Positions 39,068-48,085 of a stretch of 54,789 nucleotides of DNA are shown here, one piece after another. Each line of letters opens with the position of its first letter. The stretch's first letter is position 1. A program made the position numbers and the translations under genes. Origin of the DNA: Gammaproteobacteria bacterium. GTDB taxonomy: Bacteria; Pseudomonadota; Gammaproteobacteria; SZUA-152. The notes beneath the pieces are model-generated. The model ran no database searches, was not told the DNA's origin, and saw nothing but the letters and a program-made list of their open reading frames with translations. Where the stretch lies: contig JAKEGK010000125.1 of NCBI GenBank assembly GCA_022627515.1, forward strand, positions 1-54,789. Direction: 5' to 3'.

Positions 39068-40027
39068 CTAATCGCTCGATTCCGCCGCCTTATTAAATAC
39101 CCGGTTGCGCAAATCCAGCAATGACATTTTTTCCGGAAGCGTTAATTCGCCGGAAATACGCTCACTCTTTCCCGCTTCCACCTCAATCGGAGCCGAATCA
39201 ACAACGTTGCTCCTGGTATCCCGTTCTTCTTTGGACTCCAGCTTGTTCAAATAGTCTTTATAATAGTTGAGAAATTTGCGTTGCTGGTCTGCGCGCAGCC
39301 CGTTTACGTTGAGATTGTCTGGAGATACTGTAAGAAGGTTATCTGGAAATGCCGGTTTTCTTTTTATTGAATGTTCCATGATGAGGCGTTTTTCTTCATG
39401 GCAACTTTGATAGCAATATTTTAATTGTACATCCCTGGACAGATCCTTGACGCCAAGTGTATCGATCACATTCCGTTTCACCGGATCAACGACAAACACG
39501 CTATCCCCGCGCCGTGTCACCACATACAGCCTGGATTCATCGGCTCCGAAAATCTGGCAATAAGGTTCACTGTCAACTTTGAGTTTTAAAGTGCCGGACA
39601 CTTTCCTTTCTGTAACATCGATAACGGACAAGGTGCCGTCAAGCAGGTTTGTTACAAACGCCACCGAATCTTGATTGTTAGCTACTACACTAATGGCGCC
39701 CCTTCCCACTTTTATAGGGATTGGCTGTTCCAGTGACGGTTGATTGTTTATGTCAATAATTATGAGCGACTGTTCCAGGAGATCCACGATATAAACGAGA
39801 TTGCTATTCTTGCTTTGCCATACGCTAATTGGTCCTTTGCGTTTTTCGATGTGATGCATGATTTTCATCAACGCCGGATCATTTGCAATATCGATTTGCT
39901 GAAGCCGGTAAAATCCTGCAAATACATCCTGATTATTTCCGGTATCCTCCGCGGCACAGGTGTCAACCGCGGCCAACAACATACTCATGGCCGCAATCAA
40001 TCCCAACGCTTGAGCTTTCTTATTCAT
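39068..40027 (-). CDS. Secreted YncE/YVTN-type beta-propeller protein with a CxxxCH motif
   Basis: Signal peptide from ATG 40027. YVTN-like blades: IKVGRGAISV...AFVTNLLDGTLSVIDV and RLYVVTRRGDSVFVVDP. CYQSCH follows the blades. Confidence 0.75.
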   Translation of the reverse strand: MNKKAQALGLIAAMSMLLAAVDTCAAEDTGNNQDVFAGFYRLQQIDIANDPALMKIMHHIEKRKGPISVWQSKNSNLVYIVDLLEQSLIIIDINNQPSLEQPIPIKVGRGAISVVANNQDSVAFVTNLLDGTLSVIDVTERKVSGTLKLKVDSEPYCQIFGADESRLYVVTRRGDSVFVVDPVKRNVIDTLGVKDLSRDVQLKYCYQSCHEEKRLIMEHSIKRKPAFPDNLLTVSPDNLNVNGLRADQQRKFLNYYKDYLNKLESKEERDTRSNVVDSAPIEVEAGKSERISGELTLPEKMSLLDLRNRVFNKAAESSD

Positions 40028-40858
40028 TTCGCCCCCTTGTCCCAATCAATATAAACTGGCGCAAACAGCATGATTTTTTTTAATCCCTACCTGACAGATA
40101 CAGGAAACAAAAAGATATTAGTGAGACAACTTTTTCTTTTAAAAAACCAGGCAGATAACAATGACTGACAAAATGACTGCGATGTTTTCGTGCATGGTAT
40201 GTATATTTTAACGCCGAAACCCGCAGCACTTTCATCGTTATCCAGCAAGGCCACGCGTTACATGGATAGGTATTCTATTCAATTAACTAAAACTTATAAA
40301 TAACATATTTACTTTTCTTTGGAGCAATACTTCTAGTGAAGGAATCCCTTGTTTACCTGATTATTACTGCCCTAACCAAGCTTGATTAACAAAAAAACAA
40401 CAGGACGCCGTCGCACGAATTATTAACACTTTCGTTTCGCCCCCGCGCCGTGATTTATTTTTAATTAATCTCTATCCAGATTCAGTCAATTTGCTGCACT
40501 GGGAATTAGCCCCTGCGCTTTTAAAGCGTAAGATAATACTTACAACAAGTAGTCCCGGATTCCATAAAAAGAATTATTTTTCTTTAAAAATGTTTGTGCT
40601 GCTTTAATACCATGTATGACGCTTTATTGATGAAACCATACCTGGCAGCAGATACAACGGCGAAAGGTTACCGTTAAATTGCCGTAAAACAGTGATACTT
40701 TAACCAACCGCTTGATTAAAATTTTCCGTATTTACTCCAATTAAACTTTGATTATCAACCGTAACAGGGCTATAAGTTTATTATCACACCAACCTTCAAA
40801 CATAGTATCAATAATTGCTGGTGCGCCGGGATTCCAGGGTGCGTAGTAACCCGTCAAA

Positions 40859-41227
40859 ATGAGACAGAAGAATATGCTGAGTCCTGTAGACCTTGATAAT
40901 TTCTTTTTAGCTTTTTTTTCCGCGGCGCTGGTCATTTTAATGGGAGCGGCGTACGCGCTGTTTTTCACGCTCGCCAAATTAAACGGCCGGCGGTTATTCA
41001 TGGTTACTGCTTATCTGTCTTACGGCCTGTTAGCAGTCAGCGTTTTGCTGTTGGCGGAGGCGCTCAATTTGCGGGGTTATTGGCATATCATTGTCTGGCT
41101 GATGCTGGCAGGTTATCTGCTGGCGCCCCATGGTATCTGGCATTTGTGTTGCGGAACTCACGTTGCGGCACACGAAACAGCAAATGCAGGCGACAACGGG
41201 CGTATACCCGCAAAGACAGAAGTCTGA
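40859..41227 (+). CDS. Small membrane protein immediately upstream of norC (possible NorH-like accessory subunit)
   Basis: Three to four hydrophobic helices; ends 43 nt before norC. The start may be 40874. Confidence 0.75.
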   Translation: MRQKNMLSPVDLDNFFLAFFSAALVILMGAAYALFFTLAKLNGRRLFMVTAYLSYGLLAVSVLLLAEALNLRGYWHIIVWLMLAGYLLAPHGIWHLCCGTHVAAHETANAGDNGRIPAKTEV

Positions 41228-41270
41228 ATATATTTCATGTTTTTAAAACAACGTCGGGGAGGGACAATCT

Positions 41271-41867
41271 ATGGCGTCATCAACCTGGTGGAGTAGTGAA
41301 GATTTATGGCGGAAGTTTGCAATTTGGGTAACCGCTATCATGTTCCTGGTATTAATCATCCTGACATTTGATTCCGTGTCCGAAATAAAATCAGGAACCG
41401 ACAGGGTGCCACCCTACTCCGTCATTAATCAGCGTATTGACTATACCTTTGATGAAACGCGCAACCGCATGGCGCCGATTATCGGCAGCGAGGCGCCGTT
41501 GTTTGGCGCAGCACTTACCACCGAGCAGGCGGAAGAGCTGGTCACCAAAGGCAAACTGACTATACAGGCCAAGAATTGCATTAACTGCCATACTTTATTG
41601 GGAAACGGCTCCTACTATGCGCCGGACCTTACCAAGGCTTGGCTTGATCCTGCCTGGGGCAGCGAAGCCATTCGTGAACAACTCATGATTGGTTTTCTAA
41701 TGAATCCGTCAGCGAATGCCCGGACATTTGGTTCAGGACGCAAGATGCCAAACCTGGGGATTACTGAGGAAGAAGCAAAAGGCATTGTCGCTTTTTTAAA
41801 ATGGATGAGCGCCATTGACACCAATGGATTTCCCCATAATTTTCAGCCAATGAAGCAAGGAGGCTAA
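41271..41867 (+). CDS. norC: Nitric oxide reductase cytochrome c subunit
   Basis: N-terminal TM helix; KNCINCHTLLGNGSYYAPDLTK; Met ligand in RKMPNLG; directly upstream of norB. Confidence 0.93.
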   Translation: MASSTWWSSEDLWRKFAIWVTAIMFLVLIILTFDSVSEIKSGTDRVPPYSVINQRIDYTFDETRNRMAPIIGSEAPLFGAALTTEQAEELVTKGKLTIQAKNCINCHTLLGNGSYYAPDLTKAWLDPAWGSEAIREQLMIGFLMNPSANARTFGSGRKMPNLGITEEEAKGIVAFLKWMSAIDTNGFPHNFQPMKQGG

Positions 41868-41869
41868 CC

Positions 41870-43375
41870 ATGACTGCCATTGCCGGAAAGCTGGATAGCA
41901 AAATTTTAAATGGTGGCCAAAAGCTGGCGGTTAAATATTTCATGGTTGCCATCGTGTTGTTTGTCGCGCAGGTTGCGTTCGGGCTTATAGCGGGTTTGCA
42001 ATATATATTTCCTTCGTTGTTTTATGAAATGCTGGATTTTAACGTTAACCGCATGGTGCATATCAATGCGATGGTGGTCTGGATGCTTTATGGCTTTATT
42101 GGCGCCGTTTACTGGCTGGTGGAAGACGAATCCGGACGCGAAGTGGTTGGATTAAAACTTGGCAATATTGCATTTTACGTTTTAACCGCGGCGGTCACGG
42201 TTGTAGTCATCGTGTATTTGTTTGTACAAACAGGCCCCGGCACCCATAAAACACTATGGCTCATTAACGAAGGTCGGGAATATATCGAAGCGCCGCGCTG
42301 GGCGGATATTGGCATTGTCGTTGTTATACTGGTGTTCTTTTACAACATATCCATGACTTTTATGAAAGGCCGCTGGAGCGGTATATCCGGCGTGCTCGTG
42401 CTTGATCTTGTCGCACTGGCCGGTATTTATCTATGCGGTATGTTTTTTACAACCAACGTTTCCATTGACCAATATTGGTGGTGGTGGGTCATTCATCTTT
42501 GGGTCGAGGCTACCTGGGAAGTGCTGGTGGGATGTATCATGGCATGGGGACTGATGAAAACACTGGGCGCCCGCAGAAAAATTGTAACCACCTGGCTTTA
42601 CATTGAAGTGGGTTTAATGTTTGGCTCCGGTATATTGGGATTAGGACATCATTATTTCTGGATCGGCACGCCGGAATACTGGTTAAGCATTGGCGGTTTC
42701 TTTTCCGCGCTGGAACCCATTCCCCTGGTGGCGATGGTGGTGCATGCCGTTTATGATTCAGGGGTACACCGCTTCAAGAGCACCAACCACCCTGCCCTGG
42801 CGTGGTTAATCGCCCATGCGTTTGGCAATTTTTTCGGCGCCGGCGTATGGGGATTCATGCATACCTTACCTCAAATTAATCTTTACACTCATGGTACTCA
42901 ATGGTCTGCTTCGCACGGCCACCTGGCCTTTTTTGGCGCTTATGCCACGATCAACATCGCGTTCTTTTATCTGGCGATGCAAAAATGGCGCGGTAATGTC
43001 TGGATGTCAGCGGGACTCGCGGATAATGGCTGGAAATGGAAATGGTCGCTCGGATTGTTAAATACCGGTGTAGTCGGAATGACGATTGCCCTGCTGATCG
43101 CCGGTTACGAACAGTCCTTTATTGAACGCGCAATGGGCGGATCAACCTGGCAGGCATATTTCGAAGGGCAAATGCATCCATGGTACATACAGGCCATGCA
43201 ATGGCGCGTGGTATTCGGCATCGTTACTGTATTGGGTGTCGTGTTGCTGGTGTGGGATCTGCTCACCATTGGGCGTAAGGAAGCACGTACCGCCGCGGTT
43301 CTTGAATCGCCTGATACGAAAGAATCCTTTAAACCATCGTCAACAGGCGCCGCAGCCGGAGCATCCGCAGGATAG
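41870..43375 (+). CDS. norB: Nitric oxide reductase large subunit (cNOR)
   Basis: Motifs RMVHINAMVVW, GREYIEAP, WWWWVIHLWVEATWE, LGHHYFWIG, FMHTLPQIN and SHGHLAFFG. Confidence 0.96.
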   Translation: MTAIAGKLDSKILNGGQKLAVKYFMVAIVLFVAQVAFGLIAGLQYIFPSLFYEMLDFNVNRMVHINAMVVWMLYGFIGAVYWLVEDESGREVVGLKLGNIAFYVLTAAVTVVVIVYLFVQTGPGTHKTLWLINEGREYIEAPRWADIGIVVVILVFFYNISMTFMKGRWSGISGVLVLDLVALAGIYLCGMFFTTNVSIDQYWWWWVIHLWVEATWEVLVGCIMAWGLMKTLGARRKIVTTWLYIEVGLMFGSGILGLGHHYFWIGTPEYWLSIGGFFSALEPIPLVAMVVHAVYDSGVHRFKSTNHPALAWLIAHAFGNFFGAGVWGFMHTLPQINLYTHGTQWSASHGHLAFFGAYATINIAFFYLAMQKWRGNVWMSAGLADNGWKWKWSLGLLNTGVVGMTIALLIAGYEQSFIERAMGGSTWQAYFEGQMHPWYIQAMQWRVVFGIVTVLGVVLLVWDLLTIGRKEARTAAVLESPDTKESFKPSSTGAAAGASAG

Positions 43376-43570
43376 CGTCTTAACCTGGAACATCACAAAT
43401 AATAAAAAGTGCCGTACGTAAAACGCGGCTATCTTTCTGATGTATTAAAGTAGCGCAGTATTAATTCAGCGGTGAATGCATTGAAGTATGAAAGCATCGT
43501 GCCGGACAAATAACATCGTTACCCTCAATAAGAATCTTAAAGGATTCTTAATGAGGGTAACCCAGCGTGA

Positions 43571-44059
43571 TTATATACCTCGTGCGGATAATCCGAAAAA
43601 CCGGCGAAAAGCGCTGCCTGCGGTTGTGCCGCCTAAGGTGGCGGTGCCTGATGATGGCGGCGAGCAACCCGAACCCATGCCCATTCCCATTGAACCTGAA
43701 CCCATTCCAGGAGGGGGTGTCGGCGTTGGTGTTGGTGATGGCGCAGGTGTTGGATCGGGAGTTGGCGTGGCTGCCGCGCAAAACAGATTGTAGGTCGAAG
43801 GGCTTAAGGACCATTGGCCAGCCGCGGTCAAATCGTTGGCGCTTCGGTTATTAGTGGTGGAGTGACATGAAGAACACGAACCCACATCCGGCACGGTCGG
43901 ATTCGGCGCGCAAGCGCTTGCAACTGCACCTGCAATGGCGCCGGTTGCATAACTGGCTTTTATTGGCAACAACACCAGTAAAGCTACTGAACACATTATA
44001 AAACCATTAAAATTCACTACACGATTTCGAGCCGAACAAGTAACAAGATCATTCTTCAT
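43571..44059 (-). CDS. Small secreted monoheme c-type cytochrome with Pro/Thr and Gly/Met-rich tail
   Basis: ATG 44059 with GGGGG upstream; signal peptide ending ASYA; CSSCH; tail TPTPDPTPAPSPTPTPTPPPGMGSGSMGMGMG. Confidence 0.7.
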   Translation of the reverse strand: MKNDLVTCSARNRVVNFNGFIMCSVALLVLLPIKASYATGAIAGAVASACAPNPTVPDVGSCSSCHSTTNNRSANDLTAAGQWSLSPSTYNLFCAAATPTPDPTPAPSPTPTPTPPPGMGSGSMGMGMGSGCSPPSSGTATLGGTTAGSAFRRFFGLSARGI

Positions 44060-44726
44060 CGTATGCCCCCGCATTTTCTATATCCCATTTACAAAGACCA
44101 CACACATTGCTTTTTTTACGGCCTCCTCTTCATTTTTCTTCTTACGTACACCGACGGCGTAAATTATATACCTATTTTATTACATAGGTAACAAGCATTT
44201 TATTAAGCAATCTTTACATGATAGGTTTCTATTACTAAAGACAACAGGCAAGTTCTTCGATGAAAAAACGTTTTATCACTTAACTACCTCGATTAATTTT
44301 GTCCGTTAATTCACTAGGCTGTTGTCAGAATTATTGCCGGACTATATACAGTATGCTCAAAGATGCGTAGCCATATTAACAAACTACGTAGTACGCGGAT
44401 TACAGACAGTGCGCGCTAAAACTAAGATACGCAGTATAGATAATGTCATTCAACATATTCGGGAATAATTTATTTTCCGTTAACTTTCTTGATTACCCCG
44501 GCACTTAGATTCCGGAAATCAGCAGACAATCAGGAAAAATCGATAGTCAGTGAAGCAGCCAAAATCTTACAAGCTTTAACTTTAGCGCGTTCCTGATAGT
44601 TATAATAGCTGTGGGATTTTACCGCATTTAGTACCTCGTGCTAACGCAGCAAGCATGGGTTAGACAAGGTAGACCGAGCGTTTTATGGATAATGTCAGGT
44701 AGTTTTTAAAGGCATTCAATAACTTG

Positions 44727-47633
44727 CTACCATGTTATCGTCCATTGTTTGTCGTCGTTGCGGCTGACCTGGATATCTACCTTGATCTCTTTTTTGTCTT
44801 CTCGGTCGTAATCGCTTTCTCCGGTCTCCAGGTTTGAGAAATTGACTTGTGCTTTTGCACTGTGAAATTTCAAGTCATGACCGGTTTGCATGACTCTAAC
44901 CGAGTAGGTGGAATATTTATCAAACAGCTTCTCGATGAATTGCCTGTTTTTGTTTTCAAAGGTGCTCAAGTTGGCCACCGCTGAAATATCCTTGTTTTTC
45001 AGGCTTTTTTCCAGCTGAGATAACATCAGCTTGATCGTTTCAGGCTCGTTTTTTGCCGCGGCCTTTTCTTCCTGAATCATGTTGCGCAGAATAACGAGTT
45101 GTTTTTTGCCGTAGTTGATCTGCCGCAGGGTGTTCACCACATCTTCCGCTTTATCAAACCGGGCCTCGTTTAAATACTGATAATATGATGACACATAATA
45201 CGCGTAAATCCTGTCGATGCCCGCCAGTGCATCCTTGCTGCCCGGACTGATCCGGAGCACCTCGCGGTATTTTGCATAGGCGTTGTTGCCGGCGGGACTG
45301 GTTAATTTGCCGCGGATAAAATCGCGCTCAGCGGTTTTGAGCAAATTACCGATGGATTTGCTTTTTTCAACCATTGCTCCGAAGTTTTTTTCCGCTTCCT
45401 TGAGTGCAGGCGCATTTGGATCAATGGACGCTATCTTTTCATAGGTTTTTTCGGCGCTGCTGATCCGGCCGGATTTGATGAGTTCACGCATCGCATCGGA
45501 CAATCTGGCGACTATTACACTTATGCCTTCATTGGCGCGCTGATTGTCAGGGTCCAGTTCCAATACTTTCGTATAGAGAAACAATGCATTGGCCGGATCA
45601 GGACGCGTCAAGCGGTTTTGTTTTAAATAGTTATCCGCCTGTTCCAGATTCTTTGCGATGGTTTGCAGGCGTTTTTCATAATCCTTCAGTCTGGCGAGCA
45701 GCGGTTTTATGACTTGCGGATCATCGGTGATTAATTTCAGTTCTTCGATATGGTGACTGGCCTGCCGCCAGGATTCTTCATCAATGGCCGCGTTTATTAA
45801 ATTCCTGTATCGCTGGATCAGGGCAGACAGTCCCTGCAATGCTTCCGGATGATCCCCTTGCAGCGTCAATATGGTTTTGTAACGGTAAACCGCGTTATTG
45901 TTTTCCGGCTGCAATATCCTGTTATTGGCAATATCAAGCTTGGCTTGCGCCAATAAACCTTGAACCAGGTCTTCAGTTGCCTGTTTGATCGTTGATTCGT
46001 GGCTATCTACGGATGCTGCGGTATTTAAGGAAATTACGGCTTTTGAATCTTTTTGCGAAACAGTTTCCACGACTTCTGCTGTCAGTGTTCCAGGCTCTTT
46101 ATCTTCGTAGCTAAAAGCGGCGATCAGCAGACCGGCCGTTATTAGCAAAACAAAGCTGCCGCCGCCGATCAGCGCCATCTTCCTGTACTTGTGTAGAAGC
46201 AATCCATATATGTTATTTAACCTCGCGGACCATGGTTTTACAGAGCTCATAATGGCTGTTGTTAATTCCCACCATTTATTGAGCCATTGCACCGCCGTGT
46301 TTTTCTTTCCGGGCGCCGGGGATTCTGATTGGTCCACCTTCGCCGCCCGTTGCATCACGCCGGTTTGTTCCACAGTTGCGGTTTTATTTTCCTCGGTTGG
46401 TTCCGGGGAAAGCACGTTGACGGATTCTTTGCACGATTCAGCGGCGGATTCTGCGGAAAGTTGAACGTTGGTTAGTGGATGTGATGGCCGGTAATGAATT
46501 CTCGTGCTGTCGTCTTCATCATCGCCGCTGGTAGCCTGGGCAATGACCTGAGCAGATTCCCCTGTCAGGCGCTGAGCCGCGGATGAAGGACCGCTGGCAT
46601 TGTTCTTCTGCTGCGCGCCGCCTGATACAAAGAATGTTGTCGCGCTATCCGGTGAATTGATGGTTTCTCTGGGCGCCGTATTTGTTTGATCACCCTCTTC
46701 CACAACAGGTAACGGAGTTAACTCAATGTGGCCAGTCAGCTTCTGCGTCCACTCCAGCGCATTCTGTGGACGGTCTTCCGCATGAAACATCAGTGCGTAA
46801 TCAACAGCGGCTTTAAATGCCTGCGAGTAAGGTAAATTTTCCATTTGACTCAAAGGCTGGTAAATATCACGCTTCTTCTTCAATAACGCCGCGCCGCGTT
46901 CCATGGCATCAGCTGGTTTATTCCCCGTCATGCAAAAATAAAGCGTTGCGCCAAGGCCATAAATATCTGTCCATGCGCCCTGCGCGTCCTCGGATTCGTT
47001 GTATTGCTCGAATGGCGCATAACCTGCCGTGACCAGGCTGGTCAGGGCGCGGGTCCGGCTGCCAATGGTCTGCCGCGCGGATCCAAAATCCAGCAGCACC
47101 GGCGTACCATCATGACGCAGATATATATTGGACGGCTTGATATCCCGGTGAATAAAACCGGCGCCGTGGACCAGCGCAAGCCCTTCGATAATTGGAATGA
47201 AAATGTTTAGCAATTGTTGTTCGCCAAACGGCGCTTTTTCCATATAGGCAATTGCCAGGTCATCACCTTCCTCGTACTCCATGACCATATAGGCGGTTTT
47301 GTTGTGTTCGAAAACACTCACCACGCGGATAATGGCGGGATGATTGAATTTGGCAAGTGTCCTCGCTTCGACCAGAAAGCGTTCGAGGCCCCAGTCAAAC
47401 AGCTCCTTGTGATTTTTGGTGATGGGGTGAACCGTATAGGTTGAGTCACGGCAGGCGAAATCAAGCGGCAGATATTCCTTGATGGCGACTTTGCGCTGCA
47501 GATTCCGGTCGAGCGCGAGATAAGTTAATCCGTATCCGCCCCGGCCGATAACTTCCTGCAGTTCATACCAGTGCAGCGAATACCCGATGGGCAGCGCATC
47601 CGTTGAACCTTCGCGTCGAAAATTGTTGTCCAT
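44727..47633 (-). CDS. Membrane-bound Hanks-type Ser/Thr protein kinase with periplasmic TPR-like repeats
   Basis: Kinase motifs IGRGGYGLTY, VAIKEY, HRDIKPSNI, LLDFGSA and GYAPFEQY. One TM helix, then three repeats of the form R/K-L..P...NA...Y..VL. Confidence 0.93.
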   Translation of the reverse strand: MDNNFRREGSTDALPIGYSLHWYELQEVIGRGGYGLTYLALDRNLQRKVAIKEYLPLDFACRDSTYTVHPITKNHKELFDWGLERFLVEARTLAKFNHPAIIRVVSVFEHNKTAYMVMEYEEGDDLAIAYMEKAPFGEQQLLNIFIPIIEGLALVHGAGFIHRDIKPSNIYLRHDGTPVLLDFGSARQTIGSRTRALTSLVTAGYAPFEQYNESEDAQGAWTDIYGLGATLYFCMTGNKPADAMERGAALLKKKRDIYQPLSQMENLPYSQAFKAAVDYALMFHAEDRPQNALEWTQKLTGHIELTPLPVVEEGDQTNTAPRETINSPDSATTFFVSGGAQQKNNASGPSSAAQRLTGESAQVIAQATSGDDEDDSTRIHYRPSHPLTNVQLSAESAAESCKESVNVLSPEPTEENKTATVEQTGVMQRAAKVDQSESPAPGKKNTAVQWLNKWWELTTAIMSSVKPWSARLNNIYGLLLHKYRKMALIGGGSFVLLITAGLLIAAFSYEDKEPGTLTAEVVETVSQKDSKAVISLNTAASVDSHESTIKQATEDLVQGLLAQAKLDIANNRILQPENNNAVYRYKTILTLQGDHPEALQGLSALIQRYRNLINAAIDEESWRQASHHIEELKLITDDPQVIKPLLARLKDYEKRLQTIAKNLEQADNYLKQNRLTRPDPANALFLYTKVLELDPDNQRANEGISVIVARLSDAMRELIKSGRISSAEKTYEKIASIDPNAPALKEAEKNFGAMVEKSKSIGNLLKTAERDFIRGKLTSPAGNNAYAKYREVLRISPGSKDALAGIDRIYAYYVSSYYQYLNEARFDKAEDVVNTLRQINYGKKQLVILRNMIQEEKAAAKNEPETIKLMLSQLEKSLKNKDISAVANLSTFENKNRQFIEKLFDKYSTYSVRVMQTGHDLKFHSAKAQVNFSNLETGESDYDREDKKEIKVDIQVSRNDDKQWTITW

Positions 47634-48085
47634 AACACTCTTGATATGTAGTTTTTTACACTGGTGATTTTATAAGTGTCATTTGATACTGGTTTTCAAT
47701 ACTTCTGTCATTCAAATTTTGTTACTGCATATTATTTAACCATATTCGCCAAACAGGTGTTCACAGGCAACTTTTCATCAGATACATATAAGAAGGCTGA
47801 TTGTCTCAAATTTTGACCAGGCTGCGATAGAAACTTATGCATTTTCTTGCTGTGCACTATGACACACACGGCGATCTTTTAGCCGCAATTATAAAGTGAT
47901 CCAACCCGAAATCAAAACAATTGTTTAACAATAGTACAAGGTGATTTGATTATTTTTCTGTATCAATTCTGACACCCCGTTTACCAGACTATTTAATGAA
48001 GTTGCACTATTGGAATAGATGGACGCCGCTGCCGTTTTAAACGGCCCGGCATAAATTAAAAGCAAACGCCATTCCAGGCAAACCG

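Noticed and set aside
40748-40758. TTGATTATCAA as an FNR/DNR box upstream of the nor genes
   Set aside because: The half-sites are separated by 1 nt rather than the 4 nt required (TTGAT-N4-ATCAA).
43488-43854. Plus-strand ORFs with PEPMPIPIEPEP and GVGVG repeats
   Set aside because: They mirror the low-complexity tail of the minus-strand gene, which has the signal peptide and CxxCH.
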